A model generated the notes under the pieces. The model had not been told where the DNA came from and did no database searches. It was given only the letters and a program-made list of their open reading frames with translations. A DNA stretch of 64,000 bases, taken from the NCBI GenBank assembly GCA_046293175.1, contig JBKBPM010000001.1, forward strand, positions 511,847 to 575,846, in the 5' to 3' direction. Positions 9,219-17,895 of this stretch are shown in pieces. Position numbers and translations under genes: made by a program. Position 1 is the stretch's first letter. The number at the start of each line of letters is the position of its first letter. Source of the DNA: Minisyncoccia bacterium (lineage in GTDB: Bacteria; Patescibacteriota; Minisyncoccia; Phycocordibacterales; UBA918).

Positions 9219-10766
9219 ATGCGTACTGCAAGCGACATCATCGGCAAAATGCCGAAACTAACGAGAGCAAACGAAGAGCTCATCACCAAAGCGTATGAGT
9301 ATGCTGCCAAAATGCACGCCACCCAGACCCGCTACTCGGGCGAACCATACATGACCCACCTCGCTGAAGTGGCGTACAAAATCGCTGATATGGGACTTGG
9401 ACCCCGCACGGTCGCTGCTGCCCTCCTCCACGACAGTATCGAAGACACCGAAGCCACACCTGAAGAGATCAAAGAAATCTTTGGTGAAGAAATCCTCTAT
9501 CTCGTTGAAGGAGTAACAAAGCTCTCTTCTGTCCGTTACTATGGGAAAGATCGCCACAATGAGTCACTCCGGAAGCTTTTTGTGGCAACAAGTCAGGATA
9601 TTCGAGTACTCATCATTAAGCTCAATGACCGCCTCCACAATATGGAGACACTTGGCCATGTACCCGCCGAAAAGCAACTTCGTATCGCCCGCGAGACCCT
9701 TGAGATCTATGTACCAGTCGCTCACCGTCTGGGAATGGGTAAGCTTCGCAAGGAGCTCGAGGACCTCGCTTTCTTCTATGTGTACCCAGAGGACTATAAG
9801 CGCGTGAAGCAACTCCTTGAGCAACGCGCCGGTAAGAGTAGTGAAATTCTCGAACGCGAACGTAAGTCGCTCCAAAAGCGCCTCGCTGAGGCAAAACTGC
9901 TTGATTTTAATACGTCATACCGCGTGAAAGGACTTTATAGCCTGTATCACAAATTGATGCGCAAAGACTGGGACATTAATGCCGTGTATGACCTCATGGC
10001 GATGCGAGTTGTTGTCCCAACACTCGAGGACTGCTATCGTACACTTGGTATCATTCACGACCTCTGGCGACCACTCCCTGGTCGTATGAAGGACTATATC
10101 GCCTTTCCAAAGCCAAACGGTTACCAATCAATTCATACGACCGTCACCTCAAATCATGGCACGATTATGGAAATCCAGATTCGGACCCGCCAGATGCACC
10201 AAGAAGCCGAGTTCGGTGTGGCGTCGCACCTTATCTATAAAGAGCAGGTGGCACCGAAAGCGAGCAGTACCGCCACCGGTGGCCGCTTTGCAAACCTTAT
10301 CCCATCACTCTTCCGGCCATTTTCACGACGTTCCATCCCTGAAGAAGTAGTGGATGTCAAAATCCCAGACCACAAAGAAAAAATTCCGCAGTGGATTAGT
10401 CAGATTGGCGACATGTACACCAAAGACGAAATGAGTAGCCAGTTTATGACTGACATGCGTCAAGACTTCTTCATGAACCGCATCTTTGTCTTTACCCCAA
10501 ATGGAGACGTGGTTGACCTCCCCCTTGGTGCCACCCCAATTGATTTTGCCTACGCTATCCACTCCGAAATCGGTAACCATATTTCAGGCGCCCGAGTAAA
10601 CCGCAAGTTTGTACAACTCGAAACCGAACTCAAAAACGGTGACATTGTCGAAATTGAAACCAAAGAATCAGCCAAGCCATCAAAGAAGTGGCTTGATATT
10701 GCCAAGACCTCACTCGCCCGTCGTCATATCCGCAGCGAGCTTGGCCTACCGGCGGTTGGAAAATAA
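9219..10766 (+). CDS. RelA/SpoT-family (p)ppGpp synthetase/hydrolase (short form)
   Basis: 515 aa. HD hydrolase domain (HDSIEDT), synthetase domain and TGS-like region. No ACT domain. Confidence 0.85.
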   Translation: MRTASDIIGKMPKLTRANEELITKAYEYAAKMHATQTRYSGEPYMTHLAEVAYKIADMGLGPRTVAAALLHDSIEDTEATPEEIKEIFGEEILYLVEGVTKLSSVRYYGKDRHNESLRKLFVATSQDIRVLIIKLNDRLHNMETLGHVPAEKQLRIARETLEIYVPVAHRLGMGKLRKELEDLAFFYVYPEDYKRVKQLLEQRAGKSSEILERERKSLQKRLAEAKLLDFNTSYRVKGLYSLYHKLMRKDWDINAVYDLMAMRVVVPTLEDCYRTLGIIHDLWRPLPGRMKDYIAFPKPNGYQSIHTTVTSNHGTIMEIQIRTRQMHQEAEFGVASHLIYKEQVAPKASSTATGGRFANLIPSLFRPFSRRSIPEEVVDVKIPDHKEKIPQWISQIGDMYTKDEMSSQFMTDMRQDFFMNRIFVFTPNGDVVDLPLGATPIDFAYAIHSEIGNHISGARVNRKFVQLETELKNGDIVEIETKESAKPSKKWLDIAKTSLARRHIRSELGLPAVGK

Positions 10767-10824
10767 TTACAGATCATGCAGAAGCGGCACCCTACCTATA
10801 GGTGTCACTTTTGTTGAGTGCTGC

Positions 10825-12204
10825 CTAGATTGTAAATTTTGTCACCGAATAGAGATCTTCATCTGAAGCAGGTTTCGTGGTGACCACTTCAGAGGTCGGC
10901 GCTGGCTCTACTACCGGTGTAACAGGAGCCGCTACCACAGGAGCAGATGTTGGTTCAGGCGCCCGATTACCTAGGAGTGAAGCGAGCTGGTCGCGCAGGC
11001 TTGGCTTCGCTCCACTTTCGGCTGGTGCAGTTGGTACTGGTGTCGAGGTTGATACAACAGGCTCGATAGGCTGTTCTGATACTTTGACCATTGGTGCTGC
11101 TGGTACTACTTCAGGTTCTATGACCGGCACCTCCAGCTCTTTTGGTACTTTAAGTACCTCAGGCGCAACTACAGGTGCAGCTGTCGCCTGGCTCGGTACC
11201 ACTGGTTCGAGACCAGTCGCACGCGCGAGCTCAGCCAGGGTCGCCATTTCTTCGTCTACTTCATCACTCACGACGGTGTCTTTTGATTCATCTTGGTAGT
11301 CTGCTGGTACCGCTGTACGCGCATCGCTAAACTTCTCCTGACGCATCCGTTCGAGCATCGACTCAAGATCTTCGAGTGAGAAGTAATCAATAGTGAGACG
11401 ACCACCAAACTCGGTCTTCGTGATGCTCACCCGGGTACCAAGCGTGCTACTAAATTCTTTTTCCATCTCAAGCAGTCCATCATCCACCAATTCCTTCTTG
11501 CGGACTTTTTCGGTAGCAATCCCACGCGCAATTTTTTCTACTTCACGTACCGATAGTTTCTTAAGGAGAATCTCGCGGAACACCACATCTTGCTCTTCAG
11601 GACGATCATTGAGCATGAGGAGCGTACGAGCATGCCCTTCGGTGATGTCGTTGCTGCGGAGCGCATCAAGCATGTAGTCAGGTAAGGCCAAAAGGCGAAT
11701 TGAGTTTGAGACATACTCACGACTGCGCCCCACCTTCACTCCCACCTGGGTGTGTGAGAGTCCAAATACATCCGCCAGCTGGCGAAACGCGAGCGCGCGG
11801 TCAACCGCATTAAGATCCTCACGCTGAAGGTTTTCGATAATGGCAAGTTCAAGTTTCTCTTGCTCAGTCTGCTCACCATCACGAATAATCACCGGCACAA
11901 TTTGTAACCCCGCAAGTTTACTCGCGCGTAAGCGCCGCTCTCCGGCGATGAGTTCATACTCACTGCGGAATGATCCATCTTCTCCCTGGATTTCTTTGCG
12001 GGTGACGGTGAGCGGCTGCAAAATACCGTACATCCGCACTGACTCGGCCAGTTCTTTGAGTTTTGCCTCATCAAATTCACGACGTGGCTGAAATGGGTTT
12101 GGGACAATTTTTTCAACTTCTACCCAAAAGATTGAATCACCTTGAAATGCCATGATGGAATGATAGTTAAAACACGGAAAAAGCCGAGCAAGAATGACCT
12201 CCAA
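10825..12204 (-). CDS. parB: ParB/Spo0J-family protein with long Pro/Val/Ala/Thr-rich C-terminal tail
   Basis: 459 aa. ParB N-terminal domain (IVPNPFQPRREFD..., YELIAGERRLRAS, HTH). The C-terminal about 150 aa is low complexity (PEVLKVPKELEVPVIEPEVVPAAP...). No adjacent parA. Confidence 0.75.
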   Translation of the reverse strand: MEVILARLFPCFNYHSIMAFQGDSIFWVEVEKIVPNPFQPRREFDEAKLKELAESVRMYGILQPLTVTRKEIQGEDGSFRSEYELIAGERRLRASKLAGLQIVPVIIRDGEQTEQEKLELAIIENLQREDLNAVDRALAFRQLADVFGLSHTQVGVKVGRSREYVSNSIRLLALPDYMLDALRSNDITEGHARTLLMLNDRPEEQDVVFREILLKKLSVREVEKIARGIATEKVRKKELVDDGLLEMEKEFSSTLGTRVSITKTEFGGRLTIDYFSLEDLESMLERMRQEKFSDARTAVPADYQDESKDTVVSDEVDEEMATLAELARATGLEPVVPSQATAAPVVAPEVLKVPKELEVPVIEPEVVPAAPMVKVSEQPIEPVVSTSTPVPTAPAESGAKPSLRDQLASLLGNRAPEPTSAPVVAAPVTPVVEPAPTSEVVTTKPASDEDLYSVTKFTI

Positions 12205-12322
12205 AACCGTTCTAACGCGGTTGCTCGTCCTTCCATTCTACCACACCCCACCCCACCCCACCATGGGTGTTTATAAGTTTCTGGTTTTCTGGTATGCTCT
12301 AGCGACCGTTACAGAACGTAAT

Positions 12323-12404
12323 GCCTCGGTGGCGGAATTGGTATACGCGCACGACTCAAAATCGTGTATCGCAAGGTGTGAGGGTTCGACCCCCTCCCGA
12401 GGCA
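12323..12404 (+). tRNA. tRNA-Leu(CAA)
   Basis: Hand fold. Acceptor GCCTCGG/CCGAGGC, anticodon stem CACGA/TCGTG with loop CTCAAAA, long variable arm, T-arm GAGGG-TTCGACC-CCCTC, discriminator A. Confidence 0.85.
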
Positions 12405-12439
12405 CAATGAATCCCTGTTTAGGGGTTTTGTGTCTCGGA

Positions 12440-12575
12440 GAACATGACTAGATCTCATGTTCATGAGTGGGTCGAAGAGGTTGCCAGCTATTTTTGAGTT
12501 TAGCGAAAAAATAACGACAACCTGTACCGATTCTGTAAGAATCAAGTCCCCCCTCCGGCACCATAGCAAATACAA
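12440..12575 (+). repeat. tRNA-associated structured repeat, copy G (downstream of tRNA-Leu-CAA)
   Basis: gaagaggttgccagctatttttgag...gacaacctgtaccgattctgtaagaatcaagtcccccctccggcacca. Homologous to the copies at 17935, 27423(-), 51522 and 58037(-). Stems covary between copies (ggttgcc/gacaacc here, ccttgcc/gacaagg in copy A). It ends in a diverged copy of the tRNA-Leu 3' end. Flanked by 22-nt hairpin direct repeats at 12408-12430 and 12575-12598. Confidence 0.6.
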
Positions 12576-12606
12576 AATCCCCGTTTAGGGGATTTTGTAA
12601 ACACTG

Positions 12607-13239
12607 TTAATTTCGTTTAGCTTCCACCTTAATATTCCCAAAATCAGACACTCGCAGCCAATCAGTCTTCCAACCAGTCTTCTCGAGCAGTTCCCGCACC
12701 TCACCTTCTGTATAGAGACACAGTGGTGCAGAGATCGAAAATAATTCCTGTCCTACCTTATCGAGCTTCCCCCACCTTTCTGTTATCGGCTCTTTGAGTA
12801 CTTCATAATGATTTGCAATCGCAGTCTCGGCTCCAGTCACCGAGAGATAGAACCTATCGCTCACAACGTGTAACTTCTCTAAAGCTATTCGCGCGTCTTC
12901 ATACGGCAAATAATGAAGCACGCGCTGTAACACCACCAGATTAAACCGTTCGGTATTCGTAGTCACCCAGTCACGGATATCCGCATGTATAAAATCAATA
13001 GCGTCACCGTGCGACATAGACTGTCCATGTAGCACATCTCCATAATCATCAATATCAATCGCCGTCACCGTCGCTCCCGCCGCCGCGAGAGCGCCAGACA
13101 GTCCACCTTGCCCACAGCCCACATCAAGCACACAAGGAGACACTCCCGCACCCACCATCTGCTCGACCGCCGCTAGTACCCGTTTATCAAGATCATCAAG
13201 TCGTACACTTGCGACATCCACCCCGTATTGCATCGTCAT
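12607..13239 (-). CDS. class I SAM-dependent methyltransferase
   Basis: 210 aa. Motif I LDVGCGQGGLSGALAAAGATVTAIDI. Confidence 0.7.
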   Translation of the reverse strand: MTMQYGVDVASVRLDDLDKRVLAAVEQMVGAGVSPCVLDVGCGQGGLSGALAAAGATVTAIDIDDYGDVLHGQSMSHGDAIDFIHADIRDWVTTNTERFNLVVLQRVLHYLPYEDARIALEKLHVVSDRFYLSVTGAETAIANHYEVLKEPITERWGKLDKVGQELFSISAPLCLYTEGEVRELLEKTGWKTDWLRVSDFGNIKVEAKRN

Positions 13240-13555
13240 ATACTACGTAAATCAATAACAAAATACCACCCTAGACATTCCTCGATTTTCCTATAAGCTG
13301 CTTTCAGAGCGCACCTTCACAGCGGCAAAAACAAACAAGCAGAGAAGATTAATCAAGGGGTAACAATACCAAACAGCGTGATAGACACATCGTGCTTGCC
13401 CTTGACGGCATGACCGCCAAGCAAATCACGGAAGTCGCAGAGGCGACCAAGGTAGTGGGAAGCCAAGCCCAGCAGGATGCAGCAATTCGTATTCAAATGA
13501 ACATTCACAGTGTTCTGGATACGAGCGCGCATATCAAGAGCGTCGCTTGACCTCA

Positions 13556-13600
13556 CTCCGCCGCCCTGGCTCACCTTGGGGCGGCGTATTCTTTTTACTT
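13556..13600 (+). terminator. rho-independent terminator (orphan transcription unit)
   Basis: ccgccgccc-tggctcaccttg-gggcggcg followed by tattcttttt. Terminates a plus-strand unit that contains only a 47-aa ORF (13418-13561). Confidence 0.55.
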
Positions 13601-14079
13601 TTACTTTGCGTAATATTTGCACCCTGCTACAATCAACTTATGACCTTCTGTCACACAACAACTAAGCGTATGACTACCTGGATACCACTTCGTGGCTTCG
13701 CGTTTGGCTTTGTGTGTAACTGATTATTCCCCAAATTCCGTTGTAAACAAGAACCAGGCGCCAAGCCAGGTTTGTTTTTTATAAAAACGAGGGAGTCTTA
13801 GATACGTATGTGCCGGTTATCGCCTATGCACCAAACCAAGAACTAAACCCGCTCTTCGGCTACGAATTATGGCCAACTCATCCGAAGCGCGGTACACCGT
13901 ATATTCTTCACCTCACGACGGAGGAGTACACAAGGGCACAGTCGAGTCGTATTGGCCACTGCTACGGCAAGATGGTGACTGTACACACATGTCCCGCCAC
14001 TCGCGCTTTATGCTACGCATTGTGAAGCCCCGGGCTACACTCACCGCGTTTACGCCACTGCGGTCACTTCGCAACCTTG

Positions 14080-14112
14080 ATGCCACGCTCCCGTAGCGTG
14101 GCGTTTCTTTTT
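14080..14112 (+). terminator. rho-independent terminator immediately upstream of miaA
   Basis: gccacgct-cccgt-agcgtggc followed by gtttctttttt. Confidence 0.6.
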
Positions 14113-15056
14113 TGCTCATTTTTGCTACACTGCCGCTACCAGTCATGACCAAACAACCACTCATTATCATCGTGGGACCGACTGCCTCCGGCAAAACTTC
14201 CCTATCTATCAAATTAGCGGAGGCTTTTGCCGGTGAGGTGATTTCGGCTGATAGTCGACAGGTCTACCGCGGACTTGATCTCGGCAGTGGCAAGGTGACT
14301 ACGGATGAGATGCGAGGTATACCCCACCACCTCCTTGATATCGCTGACCCCATGACCGTCTACAATGCCAGTGATTTTGTCCGTGATGCCAAGTCCGCTA
14401 TCGCCGACATTGCTGCTCGACAACACCTCCCCATCATAGCCGGTGGCACCTTCTTTTACATAGACAGTCTCCTTGGCCGTCTTTCACTCCCATCGGTACC
14501 ACCAAATGATACCCTCCGCACCGAACTTGAATATCTCAGTGTAGATGAACTTTATGCACGACTCACTGCCCTTGACCCAGTAAGATCAGAAACAGTTGAT
14601 AAAAATAATCCCCGCCGCCTCGTGCGCGCTATTGAGATAGCCACTGCCCTGGGACATGTGCCACCAACTACAATCAGTGACTCCCCTTACCGCCCACTCA
14701 CCCTTGGTATCACGATTGATAAAGAAACGCTCCACCACAACATTCATGTCCGCCTGCATGAACGATTAGATGCCGGTATGATAGCTGAGGTAGAGGGTCT
14801 TGTCGCTACCGGCATATCACACGAACGTCTCGAATCGCTTGGTCTCGAGTACCGTTATGTCTCACGTTACCTGCGGGGACTCATCGACTACGACACCATG
14901 GTCCTAGAACTTGAGACCAAAATCAGACAATTCGCCAAGCGCCAATACACCTGGCTGAAGCGCGATACCTCTATCATCTGGATTGATCCCAAGGACACTG
15001 AAGGCATTAATCCCCTCATGACAGACTTTTTAGCCGCTCCTATTCCAGCCAACTAA
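14112..15056 (+). CDS. miaA: tRNA dimethylallyltransferase MiaA
   Basis: 314 aa (the true start is possibly the MTKQ at 14145). P-loop GPTASGKT, ISADSRQVYRGLDLGSGK. Confidence 0.9.
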   Translation: MLIFATLPLPVMTKQPLIIIVGPTASGKTSLSIKLAEAFAGEVISADSRQVYRGLDLGSGKVTTDEMRGIPHHLLDIADPMTVYNASDFVRDAKSAIADIAARQHLPIIAGGTFFYIDSLLGRLSLPSVPPNDTLRTELEYLSVDELYARLTALDPVRSETVDKNNPRRLVRAIEIATALGHVPPTTISDSPYRPLTLGITIDKETLHHNIHVRLHERLDAGMIAEVEGLVATGISHERLESLGLEYRYVSRYLRGLIDYDTMVLELETKIRQFAKRQYTWLKRDTSIIWIDPKDTEGINPLMTDFLAAPIPAN

Positions 15057-15097
15057 TTTGCCTTTCGGCTGTTTTTTGCGTACTATGGTGCGCACAC

Positions 15098-15168
15098 GGG
15101 TCTATAGTTTAGGGGTAGAACATCAGTCTCCAAAACTGATGGCCGAGGTTCGATTCCTCGTGGACCCG
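15098..15168 (+). tRNA. tRNA-Trp(CCA)
   Basis: Acceptor GGGTCTA/TGGACCC, anticodon stem TCAGT/ACTGA with loop CTCCAAA, T-arm CGAGG-TTCGATT-CCTCG, discriminator G. Confidence 0.85.
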
Positions 15169-15208
15169 CATACAGAAAAACCGCCATAAGGCGGTTTTTC
15201 TGTATGCG
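15168..15208. terminator. long perfect hairpin terminator after tRNA-Trp
   Basis: gcatacagaaaaaccgcc-ataa-ggcggtttttctgtatgc. Confidence 0.75.
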
Positions 15209-15222
15209 TTTTTGAAGCTAAC

Positions 15223-16212
15223 TTAACACGAGACATTTACCTCTCCTCTTCGACCACCCCAATCACAATGCACGTGCCCTGACCCCGAATACATCATTAT
15301 AAAACTAGCTCCAACCGCCCGACATACTCTGACAATATCACATCGACCAGCTCGTCCACCAGCAGAAGTAAGATCAAGCGCTACGCCAGAAGAATGACGA
15401 GAACCGTTACCCCCACGGCTGCACGGCCGAGCAACTGTTCCTTGCTGCTGGCATCGAGGGCACTGATCCCAAAGTTCCGTTTGTCTGGCATCAGATCGGT
15501 ATGAACTGGTAACGCTAAGACTAGGCAGAGATCTTTGCATGGCTGTAAAGCGACCGGCGACGTAAGCTGTCGCCCGGTGATTGCCTTGTCCAGGTATACT
15601 TACCAAAGAACTCTCATTAAAACTACAATTACTTCCGACGGCAGGATTTGGTATAGGCATCCCCGCCGGACCAGGAATGGTGGCTGGAATAATTGTTACA
15701 TCCTCACCTCCTGGAATAGATTCATTTGGTTCAAACGTCACTGGGGTAAACGAGCCCGGGGTTGGTGTCGGCTGAGAATAACACTCCACCGTACTCCAAT
15801 AAAGCCAACCAGTCACCTGCCCATTTGGTATTTGCCCCTCTGAGCCTTCGCGTCCAACCAAACCGCGCATAATGGTGTCAACAATCAGCCACGCTGCCAG
15901 CACAATAATAAGCCCAATAAATGCATTTACAAATCGGTTCTTCGCTTCATCGAGTGCATGATGATTGCCGCCGGAGGTGACGAGGCCAAAACCAGCGTAG
16001 GCGAGGATAACCGCGAAGATAATAAAAAGAAATCCAATGAGCCAGGTGATGAGGCCGTTGGCAAGATGCACTAAGTTACAGGCTGAACAGTCTGGACCAG
16101 AACAGCCGGCGTATTCCGCCAGTGAGGTTTGAGCAATGGCCACGTCCGGCACCACCATTGGTAGAATGAGAGTAAAACTGAAGATAGCTAAAAATAGTCC
16201 GAACCGCATCAT
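15223..16212 (-). CDS. TrbC/VirB2-like two-TM pilin-type domain fused to M15-family (VanY-like) peptidoglycan peptidase
   Basis: 329 aa. Signal peptide, Cys-rich segment, then TM1-GG(N)xxxxExAK-TM2 (AYAGFGLVTSGGNHHALDEAKNR...IGLIIVLAAWLIV). Pro/Thr linker QPTPTPGSFTPVTFEPNESIPG. The C-terminus has SSYRSDARQTELW ... HSSGVALDL ... HVHCDW, matching the LAS/M15 zinc peptidase pattern (SxxR, HxxGxAxD, H). Confidence 0.6.
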   Translation of the reverse strand: MMRFGLFLAIFSFTLILPMVVPDVAIAQTSLAEYAGCSGPDCSACNLVHLANGLITWLIGFLFIIFAVILAYAGFGLVTSGGNHHALDEAKNRFVNAFIGLIIVLAAWLIVDTIMRGLVGREGSEGQIPNGQVTGWLYWSTVECYSQPTPTPGSFTPVTFEPNESIPGGEDVTIIPATIPGPAGMPIPNPAVGSNCSFNESSLVSIPGQGNHRATAYVAGRFTAMQRSLPSLSVTSSYRSDARQTELWDQCPRCQQQGTVARPCSRGGNGSRHSSGVALDLTSAGGRAGRCDIVRVCRAVGASFIMMYSGSGHVHCDWGGRRGEVNVSC

Positions 16213-16217
16213 GATGC

Positions 16218-16721
16218 TTACAATTTTACACTACCGGGACAGAAGCTAAATCGGTAATCAGCACCAGAAGCAGCTTCATCAACATACCCAGGCACACTCA
16301 CGGTGTAATCGAGTCCACACATCTGGGCCTCACTCAGGTTAAGAGTCTTTTTTAGATAGGCTTCGACCGATAGCCGACTTGCTGCGAACGGCTTTTTGAG
16401 AAGTATGATATTAAAATATTTTGTCTCAGCATCAAAAGTAACAATGTACTCGGCTGTTTGGACATCTTCAAAAGTGTTACCTAGAAAATAGTCATTTGTA
16501 TTATATGCAGCTGGAGTGACTTCAGGTAAGGCTAGAAAGTTTTCAACATCAATACTTTTACCGTTTGCTAATGGAAGGGTCACACCGCTATCACTTGGCT
16601 TCGCTACCGAATTATCTGGCCTCGTGATAGAAGCATCCTTTATTAAACTATTATAAAGGATATATACACTGATTGGGATGAAAACAACAAATATAATTGT
16701 AATGACTAAAGAAAATTTCAT
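16218..16721 (-). CDS. hypothetical membrane-anchored/secreted protein (AT-rich gene)
   Basis: 167 aa with an N-terminal TM. Codon usage is more AT-rich than its neighbours. Confidence 0.45.
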   Translation of the reverse strand: MKFSLVITIIFVVFIPISVYILYNSLIKDASITRPDNSVAKPSDSGVTLPLANGKSIDVENFLALPEVTPAAYNTNDYFLGNTFEDVQTAEYIVTFDAETKYFNIILLKKPFAASRLSVEAYLKKTLNLSEAQMCGLDYTVSVPGYVDEAASGADYRFSFCPGSVKL

Positions 16722-16730
16722 ACTAATGTA

Positions 16731-17663
16731 TTACATCCTACCACCATAGGCACGGACACAAGACGCTGCCCGATTATTGCAACCAGGACAAGTCCAGTCG
16801 CGATAACCACGTGTACGAACTAACCGCACCATCATTTGTATATTACACTGCGCACGCATACAATTTGATCGCCAATCATTACAAGCTCCGGGCGGCGGAT
16901 TGCTTCTCCACGTGGTTCGTGTTATCTGAAACGTACCACAGGCAGTTGAATTAGAACCTGGGTGTGTTTCATTATACGGTGGAGTATTTGGATTACCAGA
17001 ACTCTCAGTCATCGCAATGCAAGACATTACATTTGCCTGTACTGGTGTTAAGCCCGCTGCTTGTAGTGCCGCTACACTACAAGCACTATTTGAAGGACTA
17101 CACTGCACACCGCCACCTGGTCCACCGCCAGAGCCACCGCCAGATAAACTGCCGCCAGTAGCACCGGTAATATAGGTGTAGCTACCTGGTATAACCACCA
17201 CACGATTACCAGGAATCTCAGTATTTGGATCAAAAGTTTGTGGAGTAAAAGTCCCTGGGTCCGGGTTTGGTTGTGCCACACAACTCAGTTCATTCCACAT
17301 CCCAAGTCGTGTCTCACCATCAAGGAGTAACATGCGCATACCGGTGTCAATGAGAAGCCAGCCGGCGAGGACAATCACATAGCCAATAATCATGTTACTA
17401 ATCATTGATTTGGCATCTTCTTTGGCATGGCGATTGCCACCAGAGGTCACAAGCTTAAAGCCAGCGTAGACGATAATAATGGCAGCGACCGTACCAAGAA
17501 TGAGCACGAGCCAAGAAATCACCCGATTGACGAGTTCTACCACATAACACATCTGACAAGCCGGTTCACCCTCACCCCCACAAGGAACAAGACCCGCTGC
17601 ATAGGAAAGCAGTGGCACTGCTACGAGCACCAAAAACAATACACTGCCCCAAAATCGCTTCAT
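16731..17663 (-). CDS. TrbC/VirB2-like two-TM pilin-type domain fused to SLT-type lytic transglycosylase (VirB1-like)
   Basis: 310 aa. The N-terminal 150 aa are about 45% identical to the N-domain of 15223..16212 (VYAGFKLVTSGGNRHAKEDAKSM...IGYVIVLAGWLLIDTGMRML; linker QPNPDPGTFTPQTFDPNTEIPG). Gly-rich spacer. The C-terminus CIAMTESSGNPNTPP...STACGTFQI matches the SLT catalytic Glu-Ser ... GLMQ-type motif. Confidence 0.6.
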   Translation of the reverse strand: MKRFWGSVLFLVLVAVPLLSYAAGLVPCGGEGEPACQMCYVVELVNRVISWLVLILGTVAAIIIVYAGFKLVTSGGNRHAKEDAKSMISNMIIGYVIVLAGWLLIDTGMRMLLLDGETRLGMWNELSCVAQPNPDPGTFTPQTFDPNTEIPGNRVVVIPGSYTYITGATGGSLSGGGSGGGPGGGVQCSPSNSACSVAALQAAGLTPVQANVMSCIAMTESSGNPNTPPYNETHPGSNSTACGTFQITRTTWRSNPPPGACNDWRSNCMRAQCNIQMMVRLVRTRGYRDWTCPGCNNRAASCVRAYGGRM

Positions 17664-17767
17664 ATACTAGTCCATTTAGCGTACCACATTCCCCCCTTTG
17701 AAAATAGCCACAAACTGTGGTAACGTACAACCCACGTAGCCAATGTGCTACAGACCAAGTATCAATT

Positions 17768-17850
17768 GCGTCGGTACTCAAGTGGTCAACGAGGGGGGAC
17801 TGTAAATCCCCTGGCATCTGCCTACGAAGGTTCGAATCCCTCCCGGCGCA
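17768..17850 (+). tRNA. tRNA-Tyr(GTA)
   Basis: Acceptor GCGTCGG/CCGGCGC (one G-U pair), anticodon stem GGGGA/TCCCC with loop CTGTAAA, long variable arm GGCATCTGCC, T-loop TTCGAAT, discriminator A. Confidence 0.75.
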
Positions 17851-17895
17851 CACCAAAAAAACAGCTCAGGCAAATGCCTGGGCGATTTTTATTGT

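Noticed and set aside
13240-14112. Attempt to identify tmRNA, RNase P RNA or SRP RNA here and elsewhere
   Set aside because: No match to the conserved RNase P P4 elements (GGAAAGTCCGGGC / ACAGAANCCGGCUUA), the tmRNA tRNA-like ends (no GGGG 5' stem pairing with a ...CCACCA 3' end), or the SRP domain IV motif by eye. Left as unassigned structured region.
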